Virus record (IMG/VR): IMGVR_UViG_3300034272_002197
DNA length: 20,000 bases
Source: an uncultured virus (IMG/VR IMGVR_UViG_3300034272_002197)
Taxonomy: Duplodnaviria; Heunggongvirae; Uroviricota; Caudoviricetes
Strand: one strand, 5' to 3'
Shown: positions 1-9,600 of the stretch, in pieces
How the letters are laid out: every line of letters starts with the position of its first letter
Numbering within the stretch: the first letter of the stretch is position 1
Translations under genes and position numbers: made by a program
Notes under the pieces: generated by a model
Databases searched by the model: none
What the model saw: the letters and a program-made list of their open reading frames with translations, nothing else
What the model was told of the DNA's origin: nothing

Positions 1-159
1 CATGCCAAACGCAATGATATTGCTTTGCTTGTTGATTGGTGGGAGCATGCTTGGGCACTGGATTATGGCGCTGACAAAAAACGCTATCTCAAAAACATTT
101 GGCGTATTATCAATTGGGAATATGTTAATAGGAGAATTTATGCTGGAGATCGTGCATGA
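1..159 (+). CDS. sod: Fe/Mn superoxide dismutase, C-terminal part (5'-truncated by the window edge; not in the ORF track)
   Basis: Frame 1 reads [52 protein letters not shown]. This matches the Fe/Mn-SOD signature DxWEHAY/W..DY and the terminal W..INW..V. Stop TGA 157-159 overlaps the next ATG (ATGA). Confidence 0.92.
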   Translation, partial: HAKRNDIALLVDWWEHAWALDYGADKKRYLKNIWRIINWEYVNRRIYAGDRA

Positions 160-482
160 TTGATTTGCAAGAAAGTGCAGTACTTAAACTCAAAGAACTA
201 ATAGCAGAAGAAGGAAACCCTAATCTTAAACTACGCATATTTGTGCAGGGTGGTGGATGCTCGGGTATGCAATACGGATTTACTTTTGATGAAGAACAAA
301 ACGAAGACGATTTTGATCTAGAATTCAGCGGTGTTGGATTACTTGTAGATTCAATGAGCGCACAATATCTACAAGGTGCCAAAATCAAATATACTGAAGA
401 TGCTATGGGCGCCAGCTTTGCTATAGAAAATCCACAGGCCCAAACCACTTGCGGCTGCGGTAGCAGTTTCAACCCTTACTAA
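156..482 (+). CDS. erpA: A-type Fe-S cluster carrier (ErpA/IscA/HesB family)
   Basis: Contains [34 protein letters not shown] and [14 protein letters not shown], with all three conserved Cys. GGAG lies upstream. Confidence 0.93.
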   Translation: MIDLQESAVLKLKELIAEEGNPNLKLRIFVQGGGCSGMQYGFTFDEEQNEDDFDLEFSGVGLLVDSMSAQYLQGAKIKYTEDAMGASFAIENPQAQTTCGCGSSFNPY

Positions 483-514
483 TCCTTCCAAAACTCTATT
501 CCTAACAAAAGCCA

Positions 515-520
515 TAAATA
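515..520 (+). promoter_or_regulatory. Putative late promoter core (TAAATA, T4 gp55-like)
   Basis: ATAAATA sits in the short intergenic gap before a virion gene. The same hexamer recurs before several other genes in the window. Confidence 0.6.
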
Positions 521-540
521 CCTAGTATATAGGAAGATTT

Positions 541-3500
541 ATGGCACAACAGTTAATTATTACCGGTAACGCAGCCAGCGATGGCGGTGGTGATCCGTTA
601 AGAACAGCATTTACAAAGATCAACAACAATTTCACTGAACTTTACAGTGGTAATGTACAAATTACTGCTGCCAATGTTTTGGTAAATTCAGTCAATGGGC
701 AAATTGGCAATGTGTCTTTGACTGTGGTAGATATTCCCAATGCTGCAAGCAAGGGTTATGTTAATAATGCTATTGCTGGTAATATTGCCGTTTTAAATTC
801 TTCTTTTAGTTCTGTTAATGCAAATGTAGCTGCGGCCAATTCTGCAATTTCTAATCACACAGCTAGAATTTCTACTCTCGAATCTAATGCAGCCAGTCAA
901 GGTACCACCTTGGCTAACTTGGTTGCAAGTAAAGCCTACATTTCTTATGTGGATTCTAGTATTGCTAACGCTCTAAGTAGCAATGCAATACTGGCCAACG
1001 TTGTTAGTGTAAATGCGAATGTGGCTGCTGCTAATGCCGCTATTCTAACCAAGGCCAATTTGTCTGGTGCTAACTTTACCGGCAATATCAGCACTGATCA
1101 GTATATTTTTGCGTCAGGAGCAAGAATAGGTAATGCAGACATTGATCTAGACAATGTCAATGGAATTTTCAGTGTAGTTGATTCTAGACCTGGACCGTTT
1201 GGTATTACTGTCCAAAATCTAAACACCAGCGCAAACAGCATTGGTTTTGTGGCTGTATTAGCCGACGACGGAACCCAAAACGAAAATTTGATTACAATTG
1301 GTGTCAATAATAGTAATTACAACGATCCAACCTATCCCGATGCCGAACCCCATGAGGCATTTGTTTTTGCCAATGGTGGTAATCTACGCATAATTTCCAA
1401 CAATAATGGATTGGTATTTGCTGCTGGTACTTCAAGAATGTACCTGGATCCAGTGCGCGATCGTCTGGAATTGTTAAATGTAAATATCCAATTCCGAGAC
1501 GGTACAGTACAATCAACAGCGTTTGGTGGTAATGTTAATACTGCTTCTATCGAAGCAAACGTGGCCGCTGCAAATGTAAGAATTGCAAGTTTACAAACTG
1601 CAACAACAATAAGCAATATTAATATTGCCAGTTTACAATCAAACACCGGAACCTTGGCCGCAAGTATTAATACATTAACCGCTAATGCTGCCACACAAAG
1701 TATTTCTCTAGCAGCGATTAATGCAGCATTGACATTAGGTAATACCAATGCTGCCACACAAACCACAGAAATAAATTCTTTACGAGCAAATATTACAGCC
1801 GCAAATTCCAATATAACAGTATTGCGAAGTAATATTACCAGCATCAGTCTTGATATCAATAACTTGTATTCCAATGCTGGTTTGCAATCTGCTACATTAA
1901 ATAATTTGGTTTCTAATGCGGCCACACAGGCAACTACCTTGTCTGATCTGTATTCAAATGCAGCTACTCAAAATGCAAGTTTACTTTCCCTTACTGCAAA
2001 TTCTGCAACACAGGGCACACAAATCAATTTAATAAATTCCAATTTAACTTCGGCTAATACAAATATCACAAGTTTGCAAAACGGATTGACTTTGGCAAAT
2101 ATCAGCATAGGAACGATACAAAGTAATCTTGGCGGATACATCTCTAACATAAGCACTATTAATGCCAATGTGTCGGCAGCAAACGTAGAAATTGTTAAAC
2201 TACAAGCAAATATAACTGCGGCAAATGCAGTAATAAATTCAATTTTATCAAATTCTGCAGTCGGTGCAGGTGCAGTTATACAACTTCAAGCAAACAGTTC
2301 AGCCGCCAACGCTTCAATTGCTACCAAGGCAAATATTACAGGACAAGTGTTTACTGGCAATATTCAGGCGCCATTTGTGACAGCAAATACCACACTATAC
2401 AGCCTGGGTAATTTGTCTGTTGGATCAAATACAGCATCAACATTTGCTAACGCAGGAGCAACATTTGTAGGAAATGTAAACAGTATCTACCAAGTTCTTG
2501 TACAAAATAAATCAACAGGAAACAATGCTATAAGTTCTTTAAAAATAGCATCAGACATTTCCACAGATACATCCACACATCTTTTAGCGGGTATCACAAG
2601 TAGTACCTATAGTGTCGGGCAATTTGACAATTTTGAAAACGTTAACACAGGCAATACTGCTTTTATTTCAGCAATTGGTGCCAACCTAGTTATTAGTTCT
2701 AATGCAAACATTTGGTTAAATGCCAATGCTAGTGGTCTAGTCATGTTTTCCGACGGCGATGTTGCCCTGAGAAGTGCCAATCTAAGATTTAGAGACGGGA
2801 GTATTCAAACCACTGCGATCCAGGATGTAAATGGATTGTATGCAAATATCGGAACACTAAGCATAAATGTTGCTACGTTAACTACTACTGTTGGTACATT
2901 AACTGGTAATATAAGTACACTGACCGGCAATGCAGCTACACAAGCATCAGCATTGAATACATTGGATGCTAATCTAGGCACAGTAACAACCAATATAACC
3001 AGTCTAACAAGTAATGCAGCCACACAAGCAACGGCAATCAATTTAATCAACGCTAACATTACTGCTGCTAATTTAAATATCAGTAATGTAAATTCCAATC
3101 TTGGTGCATATCAGACTTATGCCAATGCCAATGTGGTGGCAATACAGGCCAATCTTGGTGCATATCAGACTTATGCCAATGCCAATGTGGTGGCAATACA
3201 GGCCAATCTTGGTGCATATCAGACTTATGCAAACGCCGAAGTAGCAACTACACAGGCCAATCTTGGTGCATATCAGACTTTTGCCAATGCAAACGTTAGC
3301 ACACTACGAAACGAAGTAGACCTATTAAATTCCAATGCTGGCGTTCAAGCTGTATCGATTAATACAATTAATGCCAACATTGGTTCTTATCAATTGTTTG
3401 CAAACGCCAATGTGTCAGTAATACAGGCCAATTTGGGTTCATTCCAAATATTTGCCAATGCCAACGCTGCTGTACAAACAGGTCTTATTAATACAATAAA

Positions 3501-4182
3501 TGCCAATGTTGCGGCCGCTAATGCAGCAATCGCAGCAATTGATTTTAGTTCGTTGACTGCCACCAATGCCAATGTTGCAGCAGCCAATGTAGAAATAATT
3601 TCTTTACAAGCAAATGTCACTGCAATAAACTTGCAAATCGCAACAACCAGCATTAATGTGTTTGCCAATGCCGCTACTCAGCAAATTGAGATAGATGATC
3701 TACGTGCAAATATTACTGCTGGAAATGCTTTGGCAAATTTAAGAGCAATTACAAGCAATGTGGTTCCTAATGTAAATGTTGTTTACAGCCTAGGCGAAAA
3801 TTCAAAACGCTGGGCCAATATATATGCTAACACAGCACTATATCTAGGTTTAAGCACAATTACAACCAGTGGTGGTAATATCTACGTTGATGGAAATCCA
3901 GTTGGAGCAGGCACTTACGGTAATACACAAGTGGCGCAATATTTGCCATTTCACAATGCAAATATTGCTGCAACCAATGTTAATGCATCTGCCAATATTG
4001 CAGCATCGTATATCAGTGCAACAGCAAATATTACTGCTCTTAACTTAAATGCTATCAGAGTTGTAACTTCGAATGTGTCGTATACTCTTGCCAATGGAAC
4101 GCATTGGTTATCTACAGTGTCTAATGTAGCTGCTGCGCTAGACCAAATTGCTGCAAGATTATACGCACTTGAGAACCCATAA
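541..4182 (+). CDS. Long Asn/Ala-rich tail fibre or virion appendage protein with coiled-coil repeats
   Basis: N-terminal G..A.DG.GD.LRTAF.KIN.NF.ELY motif, as at the start of T4 gp9/gp10-like baseplate and fibre proteins. Many NANVAAAN and SNAATQ repeats, a duplicated beta-rich module and a P..N..YSLG...KRW.NIY fibre motif. Confidence 0.75.
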   Translation: MAQQLIITGNAASDGGGDPLRTAFTKINNNFTELYSGNVQITAANVLVNSVNGQIGNVSLTVVDIPNAASKGYVNNAIAGNIAVLNSSFSSVNANVAAANSAISNHTARISTLESNAASQGTTLANLVASKAYISYVDSSIANALSSNAILANVVSVNANVAAANAAILTKANLSGANFTGNISTDQYIFASGARIGNADIDLDNVNGIFSVVDSRPGPFGITVQNLNTSANSIGFVAVLADDGTQNENLITIGVNNSNYNDPTYPDAEPHEAFVFANGGNLRIISNNNGLVFAAGTSRMYLDPVRDRLELLNVNIQFRDGTVQSTAFGGNVNTASIEANVAAANVRIASLQTATTISNINIASLQSNTGTLAASINTLTANAATQSISLAAINAALTLGNTNAATQTTEINSLRANITAANSNITVLRSNITSISLDINNLYSNAGLQSATLNNLVSNAATQATTLSDLYSNAATQNASLLSLTANSATQGTQINLINSNLTSANTNITSLQNGLTLANISIGTIQSNLGGYISNISTINANVSAANVEIVKLQANITAANAVINSILSNSAVGAGAVIQLQANSSAANASIATKANITGQVFTGNIQAPFVTANTTLYSLGNLSVGSNTASTFANAGATFVGNVNSIYQVLVQNKSTGNNAISSLKIASDISTDTSTHLLAGITSSTYSVGQFDNFENVNTGNTAFISAIGANLVISSNANIWLNANASGLVMFSDGDVALRSANLRFRDGSIQTTAIQDVNGLYANIGTLSINVATLTTTVGTLTGNISTLTGNAATQASALNTLDANLGTVTTNITSLTSNAATQATAINLINANITAANLNISNVNSNLGAYQTYANANVVAIQANLGAYQTYANANVVAIQANLGAYQTYANAEVATTQANLGAYQTFANANVSTLRNEVDLLNSNAGVQAVSINTINANIGSYQLFANANVSVIQANLGSFQIFANANAAVQTGLINTINANVAAANAAIAAIDFSSLTATNANVAAANVEIISLQANVTAINLQIATTSINVFANAATQQIEIDDLRANITAGNALANLRAITSNVVPNVNVVYSLGENSKRWANIYANTALYLGLSTITTSGGNIYVDGNPVGAGTYGNTQVAQYLPFHNANIAATNVNASANIAASYISATANITALNLNAIRVVTSNVSYTLANGTHWLSTVSNVAAALDQIAARLYALENP
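3097..3312 (+). repeat. In-frame 54-bp tandem repeat (NLGAYQTYANANVVAIQA), 4 copies
   Basis: Units start at 3097, 3151, 3205 and 3259. The first two are identical (AATCTTGGTGCATATCAGACTTATGCCAATGCCAATGTGGTGGCAATACAGGCC). More degenerate copies lie near 3376 and 3430. Confidence 0.95.
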
Positions 4183-4189
4183 AATTGAG

Positions 4190-4195
4190 TAAATA
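4190..4195 (+). promoter_or_regulatory. Putative late promoter core (TAAATA)
   Basis: TAAATA in the 31-bp gap between two structural genes. Confidence 0.55.
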
Positions 4196-4213
4196 TAGAA
4201 TAACGGAATAAAA

Positions 4214-6634
4214 ATGGCATATACAGCAATTAATATAGGTATTGAAGCAAACGACGGTACAGGTAGTCCGCTAAGAACGGCGTTTGATACGGTCAATGAT
4301 AACTTTCAAATTATAAATGATGGATTGTACGCTGGCACAAGACAAACTATTATTAGTGCTCTAAGTACTCAAAGTGAATATTTTCTTTCAAACACTTATG
4401 TTTTGGCAAACACATATGTCAGTGCAGACAGTCTGATTGGTAATAGTGTTACCAGCAATGGCAATTTATATGTTAGTCAAGGTGGTGCGTTTATCTATGG
4501 AAATGTCAACATTGTTGGTAATTTGACTGTAACCGGGTCGCAGCAATCTACGCAGACTTCAAGTGCAACTGCGCCTATTATTTTAATTCATGCCAACGCT
4601 TCCCCTTACACATCAAATGACAACAAAGACATTGGTTTAGAATGGCAATATTTTGATGGTGCAGACAAATATGCCTTTATTGGAAGACAAAATACAACTG
4701 GTAGTTTAGTTTACTTAGATGACATCACCGAAACAGCAAACATAATTACCTCTGGATATTTTGGTAATGTACAGTTCGGACAACTTTTATTAAGTAATAC
4801 CGAACAAGCTACTAGTAATGTAACCGGAGCTTTACAAGTTGCTGGCGGTGCTGGTATCCAAGGAAATGTTTATGTACAAAGTAATGTGTTTGTTGGTAAT
4901 ACCGCAAATGTGGCCAATCTTACCGTAAGAGGATTTCATGTAGGCTCATTGAGATTTTCCGGAGCCGATACTGTTTTAATTAACGGTAGTCCAGTACAGA
5001 CTGCTGCACAAGCATTCAATGGTGGTACTGTTGGTTTACAAACTGTTTTTGCTGATGTTACAAATTCAACCGGATTAGGCACAGGTGCAGTAAGAATTGC
5101 AGGAGGATTTAGTGCTAACGGTAATGTATTTGTCAACAACTTACACACAATCGCTGGTGGTAATATTAGATCAAACATTCTTGGTAATGTAATCACTAGC
5201 AATCAGCCGTTTATAACAACTCTAGGAACCCTATCAACTCTAAACGTTTCTGGACAAACATCAACAGCAAATATTATACCCAACACAGATAATCAACGTT
5301 GGTTGGGTACTCCGGGTAGTAGATGGCAACAGGCACATATTTTTAATTTAACACCAGCTCAAATTACCGGTGCAGTCAGTTTTAGTGGTGTTCCAAATTT
5401 TGGTTCAAATATTTTAGCAACCAGTGGCACAGACAGTGTAGACAAAACAACTGGCGCAATCGTAATTACTGGATTTGGTGGGCTTGGTGTTGGCGGCACT
5501 ATTCATGCCGGCGGTAATGTGTACATCGATAACATCAATGATGCATCTGGTTTAATTGCTTCAACTACCAATGCATATGTATTCAACGAAGTGGCCAAAG
5601 AAATATATATTGGCCAAGCCGGTGTTACTAGATTTGGTAATACTACCAAAGCAACTGCACTGTCTACCGGTGCAGTACAAGTTACATCAGGCGGTATGAG
5701 TATTAACTCGGGTAATTTATACATTGGAGGATCAGCTGGCAATGCTGTTATTGCTACTGGTAATATCAGTGCTACTGGTAATTTGGTTACATTATCCAAT
5801 GTATTTGCATCAGGTAATATTATAGGTGGTGTAGGTGTACGGGGATTCTTAGGAAATATATACGGATCACAAACAACTGGCAACACTCATGTGGGATCAC
5901 ATTTCCGTCCTACTGCAAATGTTACATTGAATCTTGGTGAGTTTTTCTTAAGATACAACACTGTCTATGCTAATGTTGTAAACTCTTATTTTGTATCTGC
6001 AGCCAATGTCATTACATCAAATGTAGAAACACAAAATTTAACAACAGGTACTATCGTGGCCAGTGGCGGGGCATTTACAGGAGCAGTCACTGCACCAACA
6101 GCACCAAATGGTACAAATACCACACAAATTGCAACTACAGAATTTGTTTTCAATAATGCATTACCTGCAGGAGCATTGATGATGTGGGCAACTGGCTCGG
6201 CACCAACAGGGTGGTTGCTGTGTCAGGGTCAGGCCGTGTCTCGATCGACCTTCTCGACACTGTTTGCAGCGATTGGTACTACTTTTGGTAGCGGCGACGG
6301 CTCAAGCACATTTAATGTTCCGGATTACAGAGATAGAATGCCAGTGGGTGCTGGATCGTTGTATTCCTTGGGTTCTACTGGTGGTAGCAAAGATGCAATA
6401 GTTGTTGCACACAGTCATAGTTTGTCGGGTGGTGGCGTTAGTGGAACTTTTGTTACTGGTGTTTCTACTTCTAGTTCAAGTTTTAACACAGTAGGTTCGA
6501 GTGCAATTACCAGTGTATCAACAACAACCGGATCTCCAACTTACACCAACCCAACAGTACAATCCGCAGGATCTTCGGGAACAAATGCCAATATGCCACC
6601 ATATCTAGGTATACAGTTTATTATTAAAACATAA
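4214..6634 (+). CDS. Tail fibre protein with C-terminal phage tail collar domain
   Basis: Same N-terminal INIG..ANDGTG.PLRTAF..VNDNF motif as the previous gene. Also the APTAPNGTNTTQIATTEFV fibre motif, the collar motif PAGALMMWATGSAPTGWLLCQGQAVSRSTFSTLFAAIGTTFG.GDG.STFNVPD.R.R, and a typical NMPPYLGIQFIIKT end. Confidence 0.88.
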   Translation: MAYTAINIGIEANDGTGSPLRTAFDTVNDNFQIINDGLYAGTRQTIISALSTQSEYFLSNTYVLANTYVSADSLIGNSVTSNGNLYVSQGGAFIYGNVNIVGNLTVTGSQQSTQTSSATAPIILIHANASPYTSNDNKDIGLEWQYFDGADKYAFIGRQNTTGSLVYLDDITETANIITSGYFGNVQFGQLLLSNTEQATSNVTGALQVAGGAGIQGNVYVQSNVFVGNTANVANLTVRGFHVGSLRFSGADTVLINGSPVQTAAQAFNGGTVGLQTVFADVTNSTGLGTGAVRIAGGFSANGNVFVNNLHTIAGGNIRSNILGNVITSNQPFITTLGTLSTLNVSGQTSTANIIPNTDNQRWLGTPGSRWQQAHIFNLTPAQITGAVSFSGVPNFGSNILATSGTDSVDKTTGAIVITGFGGLGVGGTIHAGGNVYIDNINDASGLIASTTNAYVFNEVAKEIYIGQAGVTRFGNTTKATALSTGAVQVTSGGMSINSGNLYIGGSAGNAVIATGNISATGNLVTLSNVFASGNIIGGVGVRGFLGNIYGSQTTGNTHVGSHFRPTANVTLNLGEFFLRYNTVYANVVNSYFVSAANVITSNVETQNLTTGTIVASGGAFTGAVTAPTAPNGTNTTQIATTEFVFNNALPAGALMMWATGSAPTGWLLCQGQAVSRSTFSTLFAAIGTTFGSGDGSSTFNVPDYRDRMPVGAGSLYSLGSTGGSKDAIVVAHSHSLSGGGVSGTFVTGVSTSSSSFNTVGSSAITSVSTTTGSPTYTNPTVQSAGSSGTNANMPPYLGIQFIIKT

Positions 6635-9600
6635 TGAGTACAATCACATGGATTACAAAAAAAGGAGATTTGGGCACAGTTCCCGAATCTCAGTTTTTCT
6701 TACAGCAGTTCGAAGCTGTTGATAGTGATGCTCAACCTTTGTTTTACAGTTTTATTAGCGGTGAATTGCCCGGGGGTATGTATATAACAAAATCAGGAGC
6801 ATTGCGTGGAGTACCCACTATCCTGAGTTCTGTATCCCAAACTGCAATTTATGCATTTACAGTAAGAGCAACCAATCCACAAGGACGAGTTGCAGATCGA
6901 TCTTTTTCAATAAGTGTTAGCAATATAGCGGGTCCTCAAATATTCCCTAGACCCAATCTTGTTGGAGCTTTTTTTGACGGTGAATATTTAGAATATCAAT
7001 TTTCATCAATCAATGACAATCCAGCCGCTGTGCAGACATGGAATGTGCTAGCAGGGAATCTTCCTCCCGGGACTACTTTGTCAGCCGATGGTAAACTTTC
7101 TGGCTATCTTGAGGTTATTGCATCTAATACAGATTTACTGGGCTTTGAAGCTACAGGAATAGAATCAGTTGTGTATGATGTTTTGCCCGAAAGTACTGAT
7201 CGTAATTATAACTTTACAGTACAAGTCAGTGATGGTGTTAAATTTGATACTCTTAATGTCAGAGTTTTAGTTGTCAGTAAAGCAAACTTTACTGGTGACA
7301 ACGATATTACATTAATTAATAATACATTCTTGACCATTGATCAAGATAATCGTTATCGTCCTATAATATTAAATGCACCAGATTCATTGCCTGTCAGGGT
7401 AGTTGGGGATACCTTTGCATATAAATTTTTAGCATATGATCCTGAAGACGAAGATATTTCCTGGAAGGTTGACGAATTAGCATTTAGTGGTATGGACGAA
7501 CTTGATGGTGCTGATAGTCAAATTATCACTGGCAACGGTACTGCAGGTCCATATACACTAACTCAATCTGCTGGAGCAAGTGAAATTTGTGTACGAGTCA
7601 ATGACGTTCTATTGACACCAATTGACGATTACACCACTACTATAAATCAATTAACATTTACAAACTATACAATTTCCAGTATTGTAAGGACCAACGACGA
7701 GGTAGTACTTACCACTTCGACCCCACACAATTTCACAGCCGGCGACGCAGTTGACGTTTATGGTGTTCCAACTGTTGCTCTTCGTGGAAGATTTACTATC
7801 ACTGAAGTGGTGTCAGATTATGTGTTTAAATATGATCAGGGCGGCACAGATACCAGTGATTCGTCGGGTACTGTTGCTATAAGAGCACCAAATGCAACCG
7901 ATGTTGTTGAAGTTCTCTTTATTGAGCCAACAACAGGTTTTGATACCATCAGATTTGACCAAGGTGCTGCAGGATTACAATTGGGTTTACAAATAAATCA
8001 AGGCACTGGTTGGTTGTTTGGTACTCTTCCAGAACAGACAGAAGACAAAAAAACTTACGAAGTATCTATCAGAGCTTATAGAACTCTTAATGTTGACTAT
8101 TTAAGTGATCCAGTAACTTTTAATTTAACGGTAAAACGAACCAGGAATGAGGAAATCATTTGGAATACACCAAATGATTTAGGATATATTGATAACGGGT
8201 CAATCAGTGAAATGACCATTAGTGCTACTAATACTGTAGGTAAAGAGTTAGAATACACTCTTGTGTATGAACCATATCGTAGAGTGCCGCAAGGTCTTAG
8301 AATGTTAAGATCAGGACAATTTGTAGGAAAAGTTACTTTTAGATATTTCAGCCTTGATAGTGCAAGAGGTTTCTTGCCCATGACCACTGTAGAAGGTATC
8401 CAAATTGGCATGAGTGTGCAAGGTGTAGGCGTTGCAGCTGGTTGTGAAGTAACTGATATTCTTGAAAACAATATTATTGAAGTTCGTCCAGCAATTTATG
8501 TGGTGCAAGGTTCACCACTGACTTTTAGCAATGACGAAAACACTATAGTCATTAACACAATAGCAAATGCTATTTCTACTGTGATTGACGGTGGCGGTAC
8601 TACTTTTGACCAAGATTGCAGATTCAGCGTCAAGGCCGAAGCAATCGACAAGTCTATATCTTCGGTGAACAATTTTGTTGTGCATGTAAGACCAAGAAAC
8701 CTTGCACCTTATGAAAATCTTTTCTTGAAAGCTTTACCAAAAGAAGAACAACGTTTAGCTTTAAAAAATATACTAGAAGATCAAACTATAGTACCCAAAG
8801 ATTTACTATATAGACCCGATGATGCATTTTTTGGTTTACAAAAAAATCTTAAATTTTTATTCTTACCTGGATTGAGTTCATCAAAAGCAAGCACGGTAAT
8901 TAATTCTATCGCATTGAATCATTATACAAAATCATTGAATTTTGGAAATATAAGAACTGCTAGGGCAGTTAATAACCAAGGTACGATTGATTACGAAGTT
9001 GTTTATGTTGATGTTTTAGACAATCAACAATTTGATGGAGTAGGACCACCTCTCAGTGTAAACCTAACCACAAAAAATAAATTTAAATTTGGTAATAATG
9101 AATATTCGACTATATATCCAAATAGTTTCAATAACATGCAAAATAGGCTTGAGGTAGGTCTAGGGTACACAAACAGAGGAGCTCTACCTAGATGGATGAC
9201 CAGCGTTCAAGAAGATGGTAGAGTTTTAGGCCTGACAAGAGCAGTGGTATTGGCCTACACCAAACCCGGGGCGTCAAAACTTATTGCTTACAGATTACAA
9301 AATAGCGATTTTAAATTAAATTCTATAGACTTTGTAGTAGATAGATATCAGTGGGATAATTATCTTTCTAAATTCTACGATACTGACACCAACAGATTCT
9401 TGCCCAGTCGCGATACAACTTTTGACAAATATCCCAATCTAGGTGTGGGTAGCGATGTGATTGTGGGCAGCGTGATATTCCCAATTACTGACTCTAATAC
9501 AATTGTTATTACAGACAATCTAAAAATAGGTTATGGTTGGATTTGTTTTAGTACCGACACCCTGTCAGAAGTTCAAGCAAATACTGCTGTCAGGTCCGTA

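Noticed and set aside
3097..3312. Possible CRISPR array
   Set aside because: Units are contiguous 54-bp in-frame coding repeats without unique spacers (copies 1 and 2 are fully identical), and no cas genes are present.
4214..6634. Diversity-generating retroelement target or invertible fibre cassette
   Set aside because: No reverse transcriptase, invertase, template/variable repeat pair or flanking inverted repeats were seen in the window.
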